Assembly (NCBI GenBank): GCA_964016885.1
Contig: OZ024740.1
Location: forward strand, 110,918,001 to 110,982,000
DNA length: 64,000 nucleotides
Origin: Eledone cirrhosa
Taxonomy: Eukaryota
Reading direction: 5' to 3'
The notes under the pieces are model-generated. The model was not told where the DNA came from, did not search any database, and was given only the letters and a program-made list of their open reading frames with translations. This document shows, one piece after another, positions 53,451-64,000 of the stretch (position 1 is its first letter; each line of letters starts with the position of its first letter). The position numbers were made by a program, and so were the translations under genes.

Positions 53451-56400
53451 CTGTGTGTTAATGTGTGTGTTGGTATGTGTTACTGTGTATGTCTGTGTGT
53501 TAATATGTGTGTTGGTATGTGTTACTGTGTATGTCTGTGTGTTAATATGTGTGTTGGTATGTGTTACTGTGTATGTCTGTGTGTTAATATGTGTGTTGGT
53601 ATGTGTTACTGTGTATGTCTGTGTGTTAATATGTGTTGGTATGTGTTACTGTGTATGTCTGTGTGTTAATAAGTGTGTTGGTATGTGTTACTGTGTATGT
53701 CTGTGTGTTAATATGTGTGTTGGTATGTGTTACTGTGTATGTCTGTGTTAATATGTGTGTTGGTATGTGTTACCGTTTATGTCTGTGTGTTAATATATGT
53801 GTTGGTATGTGTTACTGTGTATGTCTGTGTGTTAATATGTGTTGGTATGTGTTACTGTGTATGTCTGTGTGTTAATGTGTGTGTTGGTATGTGTTACTGT
53901 GTATGTCTGTGTGTTAATATGTGTGTTGGTATGTGTTACTGTGTATGTCTGTGTGTTAATATGTGTGTTGGTATGTGTTACTGTGTATGTCTGTGTGTTA
54001 ATATGTGTGTTGGTATGTGTTACTGTGTATGTCTGTGTGTTAATACGTGTGTTGGTATGTGTTACTTTGTATGACTGTGTGTTAATGTGTGTGTTGGTAT
54101 GTGTTACTGTGTATGTCTGTGTGTTAATATGTGTTGGTATGTGTTACTGTGTATGTCTGTGTGTTAATATGTCTGTTGGTATGTGTTACTGTGTATGTCT
54201 GTGTGTTAATATGTCTGTTGGTATGTGTTACTGTGTATGTCTGTGTGTTAATGTGTGTTGGTATGTGTTACTGTGTATGTCTGTGTGTTAATATGTATGT
54301 TGGTATGTGTTACTGTGTATGTCTGTGTGTTAATATGTGTTGGTATGTGTTACTGTGTATGTCTGTGTGTTAATAAGTGTGTTGGTATGTGTTACTGTGT
54401 ATGTCTGTGTGTTAATGTGTGTTGGTATGTGTTACTGTGTATGTCTGTGTGTTAATGTGTGTTGGTATGTGTTACTGTGTATGTCTGTGTGTTAATATGT
54501 GTTGGTATGTGTTACTGTGTATGTCTGTGTGTTAATGTGTGTTGGTATGTGTTACTGTGTATGTCTGTGTGTTAATATGTATGTTGGTATGTGTTACTGT
54601 GTATGTCTGTGTGTTAAAGTGTGTTGGTATGTGTTACTGTGTATGTCTGTGTGTTAATATATGTGTTGGTATGTGTTACTGTGTATGTCTGTGTGTTAAT
54701 ATGTGTGTTGGTATGTGTTACTGTGTATGTCTGTGTGTTAATATGTGTGATGGTATGTGTTACTGTGTATGTCTGTGTGTTAATATGTGTGTTGGTATGT
54801 GTTACTGTGTATGTCTGTGTGTTAATATATGTTTTGGTATGTGTTACTGTGTATGTCTGTGTGTTAATATGTGTGTTGCTATGTGTTACTGTGTATGTCT
54901 GTGTGTTAATATGTCTGTTGGTATGTGTTACTGTGTATGTCTGTGTGTTAATATATGTTTTGGTATGTGTTACTGTGTATGTCTGTGTGTTAATATGTGT
55001 GTTGGTATGTGTTACTGTGTATGTCTGTGTGTTAATATGTATGTTGGTATGTGTTACTGTGTATGTCTGTGTGTTAATATGTGTTGGTATGTGTTACTGT
55101 GTATGTCTGTGTGTTAATAAGTGTGTTGGTATGTGTTACTGTGTATGTCTGAGTGTTAATGTGTGTTGGTATGTGTTACTGTGTATGTATGTGTGTTACT
55201 ATGTGTGTTGGTATGTGTTACTCTGTATGTCTGTGTGTTAATATGTGTTGGTATGTGTTACTGTGTATGTCTGTGTGTTAATGTGTGTTGGTATGTGTTA
55301 CTGTGTATGTCTGTGTGTTAATGTGTGTGTTGGTATGTGTTACTGTGTATGTCTGTGTGTTAATGTGTGTTGGTATGTGTTACTGTGTATGTCTGTGTGT
55401 TAATATGTGTTGGTATGTGTTACTGTGTATGTCTGTGTGTTAATGTGTGTGTTGGTATGTGTTACTGTGTATGTCTGTGTGTTAATATGTGTGTTGGTAT
55501 GTGTTACTGTGTATGTCTGTGTGTTAATGTGTGTGTTGGTATGTGTTACTGTGTATGTCTGTGTGTTAATATGTGTGTTGATATGTGTTACTGTGTATGT
55601 CTGAGTGTTAATGTGTGTTGGTATGTGTTACTGTGTATGTATGTGTGTTAATATGTGTGTTGGTATGTGTTACTGTGTATGTCTGTGTGTTAATATGTGT
55701 GTTGGTATGTGTTACTGTGTATGTCTGTGTGTTAATGTGTATGTTGGTATGTGTTACTGTGTATGTCTGTGTGTTAATATGTGTGTTGGTATGTGTTACT
55801 GTGTATGTCTGTGTGTTAATATGTGTGTTGGTATGTGTTACTGTGTATGTCTGTGTGTTAATATATGTTTTGGTATGTGTTACTGTGTATGTCTGTGTGT
55901 TAATATGTGTGTTGCTATGTGTTACTGTGTATGTCTGTGTGTTAATATGTGTGTTGGTATGTGTTACTGTGTATGTCTGTCTGTTAATATGTGTGTTGTT
56001 ATGTGTTACTGTGTATGTCTGTGTGTTAATGTGTGTTGGTATGTGTTACTGTGTATGTCTATGTGTTAATGTGTGTGTTGGTATGTGTTACTGTGTATGT
56101 CTGTGTGTTAATGTGTGTTGGTATGTGTTACTGTGTATGTCTGTGTGTTAATATGTGTTGGTATGTGTTACTGTGTATGTCTGTGTGTTAATGTGTGTGT
56201 TGGTATGTGTTACTGTGTATGTCTGTGTGTTAATATGTGTGTTGGTATGTGTTACTGTGTATGTCTGTGTGTTAATATGTGTGTTGGTATGTGTTACTGT
56301 GTATGTCTGTGTGTTAATACGTGTGTTGGTATGTGTTACTTTGTATGACTGTGTGTTAATGTGTGTGTTGGTATGTGTTACTGTGTATGTCTGTGTGTTA

Positions 56401-59400
56401 ATATGTGTGTTGGTATGTGTTACTGTGTATGTCTGTGTGTTAATATGTGTGTTGGTATGTGTTACTGTGTATGTCTGTGTGTTAATATGTGTGTTGGTAT
56501 GTGTTACTGTGTATGTCTGTGTGTTAATATGTGTTGGTATGTGTTACTGTGTATGTCTGTGTGTTAATAAGTGTGTTGGTATGTGTTACTGTGTATGTCT
56601 GAGTGTTAATGTGTGTTGGTATGTGTTACTGTGTATGTATGTGTGTTAATATGTGTGTTGGTATGTGTTACTGTGTATGTCTGTGTGTTAATATGTGTGT
56701 TTGTATGTGTTACTGTGTATGTCTGTGTGTTAATGTGTGTGTTGGTATGTGTTACTGTGTATGTCTGTGTGTTAATATGTGTGTTGGTATGTGTTACTGT
56801 GTATGTCTGTGTGTTAATATGTCTGTTGGTATGTGTTACTGTGTATGTCTGTGTGTTAATATGTCTGTTGGTATGTGTTACTGTGTATGTCTGTGTGTTA
56901 ATGTGTGTTGGTATGTGTTACTGTGTATGTCTGTGTGTTAATATGTATGTTGGTATGTGTTACTGTGTATGTCTGTGTGTTAATATGTGTTGGTATGTGT
57001 TACTGTGTATGTCTGTGTGTTAATAAGTGTGTTGGTATGTGTTACTGTGTATGTCTGTGTGTTAATGTGTGTTGGTATGTGTTACTGTGTATGTCTGTGT
57101 GTTAATGTGTGTTGGTATGTGTTACTGTGTATGTCTGTGTGTTAATATGTGTTGGTATGTGTTACTGTGTATGTCTGTGTGTTAATGTGTGTTGGTATGT
57201 GTTACTGTGTATGTCTGTGTGTTAATATGTATGTTGGTATGTGTTACTGTGTATGTCTGTGTGTTAAAGTGTGTTGGTATGTGTTACTGTGTATGTCTGT
57301 GTGTTAATATATGTGTTGGTATGTGTTACTGTGTATGTCTGTGTGTTAATATGTGTGTTGGTATGTGTTACTGTGTATGTCTGTGTGTTAATATGTGTGA
57401 TGGTATGTGTTACTGTGTATGTCTGTGTGTTAATATGTGTGTTGGTATGTGTTACTGTGTATGTCTGTGTGTTAATATGTGTGTTGGTATGTGTTACTGT
57501 GTATGTCTGTGTGTTAATATGTGTGTTGGTATGTGTTACTGTGTATGTCTGTGTTAATATGTGTGTTGGTATGTGTTACTGTGTATGTCTGTGTGTTAAT
57601 ATGTGTGTTGGTATGTGTTACTGTGTATGTCTGTGTGTTAATATGTGTGTTGGTATGTGTTACTGTGCATGTCTGTGTGTTAATATATGTGTTGGTATGC
57701 ATTACTGTGTATGTCTGTGTGCTAATATGTGTGTTGGTATGTGTTACTGTGTATGTATGTGTGTTAATATGTGTGTTGGTATGTGTTACTGTGTATGTCT
57801 GTGTGTTAATATATGTGTTGGTCTGTGTTACTGTGTATGTCTGTGTGTTAATATCTGTGTTGGTATGTGTTACTGTGTATGTCTGTGTGTTAATATGTGT
57901 GTTGGTATGTGTTACTGTGTATGTCTGTGTGTTAATATGTGTTTGGTATGTGTTACTGTGTATGTCTGTGTGTTAATATGTGTGTTGGTATGTGTTATTG
58001 TGTATGTCTGTGTGTTAATATGTGTGTTGGTATGTGTTGCTGTGTATGTCTGTGTGTTAATATGTGTGTTGGTATGTGTTACCGTTTATGTCTGTGTGTT
58101 AATATATGTGTTGGTATGTGTTACTGTGTATGTCTGTGTGTTAATATGTGTGTTGGTATGTGTTACTGTGTATGTCCGTGCGTTAATATGTGTGTTGTTA
58201 TGTGTTAGTGTGTATGTCTGTGTGTTAATATATGTGTTGGTATGTGTTACTGTGTATGTCTGTGTGTTAATGTGTGTGTTGGTATGTGTTACTGTGTATG
58301 TCTGTGTGTTAATATGTGTGTTGTTATGTGTTACTGTGTATGTCTGTGTGTTAATGTGTGTTGGTATGTGTTACTGTGTATGTCTATGTGTTAATGTGTG
58401 TGTTGGTATGTGTTACTGTGTATGTCTGTGTGTTAATGTGTGTTGGTATGTGTTACTGTGTATGTCTGTGTGTTAATGTGTGTGTTGGTATGTGTTACTG
58501 TGTATGTCTGTGTGTTAATATGTGTGTTGGTATGTGTTACTGTGTATGTCTGTGTGTTAATATGTGTGTTGGTATGTGTTACTGTGTATGTCTGTGTGTT
58601 AATATGTGTGTTGGTATGTGTTACTGTGTATGTCTGTGTGTTAATATGTGTTGGTATGTGTTACTGTGTATGTCTGTGTGTTAATAAGTGTGTTGGTATG
58701 TGTTACTGTGTATGTCTGTGTGTTAATATGTGTGTTGGTATGTGTTACTGTGTATGTCTGTGTTAATATGTGTGTTGGTATGTGTTACCGTTTATGTCTG
58801 TGTGTTAATATATGTGTTGGTATGTGTTACTGTGTATGTCTGTGTGTTAATATGTGTTGGTATGTGTTACTGTGTATGTCTGTGTGTTAATGTGTGTGTT
58901 GGTATGTGTTACTGTGTATGTCTGTGTGTTAATATGTGTGTTGGTATGTGTTACTGTGTATGTCTGTGTGTTAATATGTGTGTTGGTATGTGTTACTGTG
59001 TATGTCTGTGTGTTAATATGTGTGTTGGTATGTGTTACTGTGTATGTCTGTGTGTTAATACGTGTGTTGGTATGTGTTACTTTGTATGACTGTGTGTTAA
59101 TGTGTGTGTTGGTATGTGTTACTGTGTATGTCTGTGTGTTAATATGTGTTGGTATGTGTTACTGTGTATGTCTGTGTGTTAATATGTCTGTTGGTATGTG
59201 TTACTGTGTATGTCTGTGTGTTAATATGTCTGTTGGTATGTGTTACTGTGTATGTCTGTGTGTTAATGTGTGTTGGTATGTGTTACTGTGTATGTCTGTG
59301 TGTTAATATGTATGTTGGTATGTGTTACTGTGTATGTCTGTGTGTTAATATGTGTTGGTATGTGTTACTGTGTATGTCTGTGTGTTAATAAGTGTGTTGG

Positions 59401-62400
59401 TATGTGTTACTGTGTATGTCTGTGTGTTAATGTGTGTTGGTATGTGTTACTGTGTATGTCTGTGTGTTAATGTGTGTTGGTATGTGTTACTGTGTATGTC
59501 TGTGTGTTAATATGTGTTGGTATGTGTTACTGTGTATGTCTGTGTGTTAATGTGTGTTGGTATGTGTTACTGTGTATGTCTGTGTGTTAATATGTATGTT
59601 GGTATGTGTTACTGTGTATGTCTGTGTGTTAAAGTGTGTTGGTATGTGTTACTGTGTATGTCTGTGTGTTAATATATGTGTTGGTATGTGTTACTGTGTA
59701 TGTCTGTGTGTTAATATGTGTGTTGGTATGTGTTACTGTGTATGTCTGTGTGTTAATATGTGTGATGGTATGTGTTACTGTGTATGTCTGTGTGTTAATA
59801 TGTGTGTTGGTATGTGTTACTGTGTATGTCTGTGTGTTAATATATGTTTTGGTATGTGTTACTGTGTATGTCTGTGTGTTAATATGTGTGTTGCTATGTG
59901 TTACTGTGTATGTCTGTGTGTTAATATGTCTGTTGGTATGTGTTACTGTGTATGTCTGTGTGTTAATATATGCTTTGGTATGTGTTACTGTGTATGTCTG
60001 TGTGTTAATATGTGTGTTGGTATGTGTTACTGTGTATGTCTGTGTGTTAATATGTATGTTGGTATGTGTTACTGTGTATGTCTGTGTGTTAATATGTGTT
60101 GGTATGTGTTACTGTGTATGTCTGTGTGTTAATAAGTGTGTTGGTATGTGTTACTGTGTATGTCTGAGTGTTAATGTGTGTTGGTATGTGTTACTGTGTA
60201 TGTATGTGTGTTAATATGTGTGTTGGTATGTGTTACTCTGTATGTCTGTGTGTTAATATGTGTTGGTATGTGTTACTGTGTATGTCTGTGTGTTAATGTG
60301 TGTTGGTATGTGTTACTGTGTATGTCTGTGTGTTAATGTGTGTGTTGGTATGTGTTACTGTGTATGTCTGTGTGTTAATGTGTGTTGGTATGTGTTACTG
60401 TGTATGTCTGTGTGTTAATATGTGTTGGTATGTGTTACTGTGTATGTCTGTGTGTTAATGTGTGTGTTGGTATGTGTTACTGTGTATGTCTGTGTGTTAA
60501 TATGTGTGTTGGTATGTGTTACTGTGTATGTCTGTGTGTTAATGTGTGTGTTGGTATGTGTTACTGTGTATGTCTGTGTGTTAATATGTGTGTTGATATG
60601 TGTTACTGTGTATGTCTGAGTGTTAATGTGTGTTGGTATGTGTTACTGTGTATGTATGTGTGTTAATATGTGTGTTGGTATGTGTTACTGTGTATGTCTG
60701 TGTGTTAATATGTGTGTTGGTATGTGTTACTGTGTATGTCTGTGTGTTAATGTGTGTGTTGGTATGTGTTACTGTGTATGTCTGTGTGTTAATATGTGTG
60801 TTGGTATGTGTTACTGTGTATGTCTGTGTGTTAATATGTGTGTTGGTATGTGTTACTGTGTATGTCTGTGTGTTAATATATGTTTTGGTATGTGTTACTG
60901 TGTATGTCTGTGTGTTAATATGTGTGTTGCTATGTGTTACTGTGTATGTCTGTGTGTTAATATGTGTGTTGGTATGTGTTACTGTGTATGTCTGTCTGTT
61001 AATATGTGTGTTGTTATGTGTTACTGTGTATGTCTGTGTGTTAATGTGTGTTGGTATGTGTTACTGTGTATGTCTATGTGTTAATGTGTGTGTTGGTATG
61101 TGTTACTGTGTATGTCTGTGTGTTAATGTGTGTTGGTATGTGTTACTGTGTATGTCTGTGTGTTAATATGTGTTGGTATGTGTTACTGTGTATGTCTGTG
61201 TGTTAATGTGTGTGTTGGTATGTGTTACTGTGTATGTCTGTGTGTTAATATGTGTGTTGGTATGTGTTACTGTGTATGTCTGTGTGTTAATATGTGTGTT
61301 GGTATGTGTTACTGTGTATGTCTGTGTGTTAATACGTGTGTTGGTATGTGTTACTTTGTATGACTGTGTGTTAATGTGTGTGTTGGTATGTGTTACTGTG
61401 TATGTCTGTGTGTTAATATGTGTGTTGGTATGTGTTACTGTGTATGTCTGTGTGTTAATATGTGTGTTGGTATGTGTTACTGTGTATGTCTGTGTGTTAA
61501 TATGTGTGTTGGTATGTGTTACTGTGTATGTCTGTGTGTTAATATGTGTTGGTATGTGTTACTGTGTATGTCTGTGTGTTAATAAGTGTGTTGGTATGTG
61601 TTACTGTGTATGTCTGAGTGTTAATGTGTGTTGGTATGTGTTACTGTGTATGTATGTGTGTTAATATGTGTGTTGGTATGTGTTACTGTGTATGTCTGTG
61701 TGTTAATATGTGTGTTTGTATGTGTTACTGTGTATGTCTGTGTGTTAATGTGTGTGTTGGTATGTGTTACTGTGTATGTCTGTGTGTTAATATGTGTGTT
61801 GGTATGTGTTACTGTGTATGTCTGTGTGTTAATATGTCTGTTGGTATGTGTTACTGTGTATGTCTGTGTGTTAATATGTCTGTTGGTATGTGTTACTGTG
61901 TATGTCTGTGTGTTAATGTGTGTTGGTATGTGTTACTGTGTATGTCTGTGTGTTAATATGTATGTTGGTATGTGTTACTGTGTATGTCTGTGTGTTAATA
62001 TGTGTTGGTATGTGTTACTGTGTATGTCTGTGTGTTAATAAGTGTGTTGGTATGTGTTACTGTGTATGTCTGTGTGTTAATGTGTGTTGGTATGTGTTAC
62101 TGTGTATGTCTGTGTGTTAATGTGTGTTGGTATGTGTTACTGTGTATGTCTGTGTGTTAATATGTGTTGGTATGTGTTACTGTGTATGTCTGTGTGTTAA
62201 TGTGTGTTGGTATGTGTTACTGTGTATGTCTGTGTGTTAATATGTATGTTGGTATGTGTTACTGTGTATGTCTGTGTGTTAAAGTGTGTTGGTATGTGTT
62301 ACTGTGTATGTCTGTGTGTTAATATATGTGTTGGTATGTGTTACTGTGTATGTCTGTGTGTTAATATGTGTGTTGGTATGTGTTACTGTGTATGTCTGTG

Positions 62401-62450
62401 TGTTAATATGTGTGATGGTATGTGTTACTGTGTATGTCTGTGTGTTAATA
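52420..62450. repeat. Near-identical tandem duplication, period 5,015 bp
   Basis: The offset is a constant +5015: 52924/57939, 53343/58358, 54539/59554, 55367/60382, 56115/61130, 56603/61618, 57189/62204. Confidence 0.88.
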
Positions 62451-64000
62451 TGTGTGTTGGTATGTGTTACTGTGTATGTCTGTGTGTTAATATATGTTTT
62501 GGTATGTGTTACTGTGTATGTCTGTGTGTTAATATGTGTTGGTATGTGTTACTGTGTATGTATGTGTGTTAATATGTGTGTTGGTATGTGTTACTCTGTA
62601 TGTCTGTGTGTTAATATGTGTTGGTATGTGTTACTGTGTATGTCTGTGTGTTAATGTGTGTTGGTATGTGTTACTGTGTATGTCTGTGTGTTAATGTGTG
62701 TGTTGGTATGTGTTACTGTGTATGACTGTGTGTTAATGTGTGTTGGTATGTGTTACTGTGTATGTCTGTGTGTTAATATGTGTTGGTATGTGTTACTGTG
62801 TATGTCTGTGTGTTAATGTGTGTGTTGGTATGTGTTACTGTGTATGTCTGTGTGTTAATATGTGTGTTGGTATGTGTTACTGTGTATGTCTGTGTGTTAA
62901 TGTGTGTGTTGGTATGTGTTACTGTGTATGTCTGTGTGTTAATATGTGTGTTGATATGTGTTACTGTGTATGTCTGAGTGTTAATGTGTGTTGGTATGTG
63001 TTACTGTGTATGTATGTGTGTTAATATGTGTGTTGGTATGTGTTACTGTGTATGTCTGTGTGTTAATATGTGTGTTGGTATGTGTTACTGTGTATGTCTG
63101 TGTGTTAATGTGTGTGTTGGTATGTGTTACTGTGTATGTCTGTGTGTTAATATGTGTGTTGGTATGTGTTACTGTGTATGTCTGTGTGTTAATATGTGTG
63201 TTGGTATGTGTTACTGTGTATGTCTGTGTGTTAATATATGTTTTGGTATGTGTTACTGTGTATGTCTGTGTGTTAATATGTGTGTTGCTATGTGTTACTG
63301 TGTATGTCTGTGTGTTAATATGTGTGTTGGTATGTGTTACTGTGTATGTCTGTGTGTTAATATGTGTGTTGGTATGTGTTACTGTGTATGTCTGTGTGTT
63401 AATATGTGTGTTGGTATGTGTTACTGTGTATGTCTGTGTTAATATGTGTGTTGGTATGTGTTACTGTGTATGTCTGTGTGTTAATATGTGTGTTGGTATG
63501 TGTTACTGTGTATGTCTGTGTGTTAATATGTGTGTTGGTATGTGTTACTGTGCATGTCTGTGTGTTAATATATGTGTTGGTATGCGTTACTGTGTATGTC
63601 TGTGTGCTAATATGTGTGTTGGTATGTGTTACTGTGTATGTATGTGTGTTAATATGTGTGTTGGTATGTGTTACTGTGTATGTCTGTGTGTTAATATATG
63701 TGTTGGTCTGTGTTACTGTGTATGTCTGTGTGTTAATATCTGTGTTGGTATGTGTTACTGTGTATGTCTGTGTGTTAATATGTGTGTTGGTATGTGTTAC
63801 TGTGTATGTCTGTGTGTTAATATGTGTGTTGGTATGTGTTACTGTGTATGTCTGTGTGTTAATATGTGTGTTGGTATGTGTTATTGTGTATGTCTGTGTG
63901 TTAATATGTGTGTTGGTATGTGTTACTGTGTATGTCTGTGTGTTAATATGTGTGTTGGTATGTGTTACCGTTTATGTCTGTGTGTTAATATATGTGTTGG

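Larger units (their letters stand above)
1..64000. repeat. Tandem satellite/minisatellite array, 42-bp TG-rich monomer (TATGTGTGTTGGTATGTGTTACTGTGTATGTCTGTGTGTTAA) with 40-bp variants; runs off both window ends
   Basis: The monomer can be read directly (e.g. 241-282) and recurs head-to-tail in one orientation throughout. The ORF track shows a 14-aa period (MCVGMCYCVCLCVN / ICVLVCVTVYVCVL) from start to end. Confidence 0.99.

Noticed and set aside
36798-57702. Minus-strand Thr-rich, mucin-like ORFs (TVTHTNTHINTQTY repeat)
   Set aside because: One minus frame is stop-free by construction. The ORFs are called only where the CG>CA variant creates an ATG, and 40-bp monomers break the frame every few hundred bases.
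2-63442. Hundreds of + strand Cys/Val-rich ORFs (MCVGMCYCVCLCVN and ICVLVCVTVYVCVL repeats, up to 457 aa) resembling metallothionein-like or membrane proteins
   Set aside because: The 42-bp monomer has a single + strand stop (TAA), so two frames are open by construction. Cys/Val is simply the translation of TG runs. Frequent 40- and 41-bp monomers shift frame with no sign of frame preservation, and there is no unique N- or C-terminal sequence.
1-64000. CRISPR-like array (constant core plus variable slot)
   Set aside because: The variable part is 6-8 bp of near-identical TG variants reused hundreds of times, not unique spacers. There is no palindromic repeat, leader or cas gene.
1-64000. Telomerase-made telomeric repeat (TG-rich strand)
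   Set aside because: It matches no telomere motif I know (TTAGGG, TTAGG, TG1-3 or the longer budding-yeast units). Variants are inherited in multi-kb blocks, which points to recombination or duplication rather than templated addition. A subtelomeric location is not excluded.
1-64000. G-quadruplex, pUG-fold or Z-DNA potential
   Set aside because: The consensus has only one GG per monomer and no GGG. Alternating purine-pyrimidine runs are only about 7-10 bp before interruption, and perfect TG runs have only 2-4 units.
1-64000. Transcription-factor or promoter motifs (TTAAT, TGTTAC, TAATAT)
   Set aside because: These short matches are expected by chance in a low-complexity monomer, and there is no adjacent gene or other support.

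Overview
The whole 64 kb window is one uninterrupted head-to-tail tandem satellite/minisatellite array of roughly 1,500-1,550 monomers. The 42-bp consensus is TATGTGTGTTGGTATGTGTTACTGTGTATGTCTGTGTGTTAA (T21 G13 A6 C2, about 36% GC, extreme TG/CA strand skew), and 40-bp variants are frequent. I found no gene, RNA gene, mobile element, CRISPR array, unique sequence or inversion, and neither array end is in view. Every ORF in the track is a by-product of the 42-bp (14-codon) period. The structure that is present is hierarchical: TG dinucleotides form four 10-12 bp subrepeats, these form the 42-mer, and 42-mers form 10-11-mer modules (408/456 bp) and nested multi-kb duplications (1.7, 2.1, 3.2-3.8, 4.4, 5.0 and 9.2 kb). 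Rare variant monomers trace these duplications and let mutations be ordered, including a CpG-to-CpA change and a 1-bp deletion that spread through seven copies. It looks like eukaryotic satellite DNA, but I cannot name the family or organism, and I see no support for a novel protein-coding system. Block boundaries are approximate, read by eye and from ORF-track offsets.
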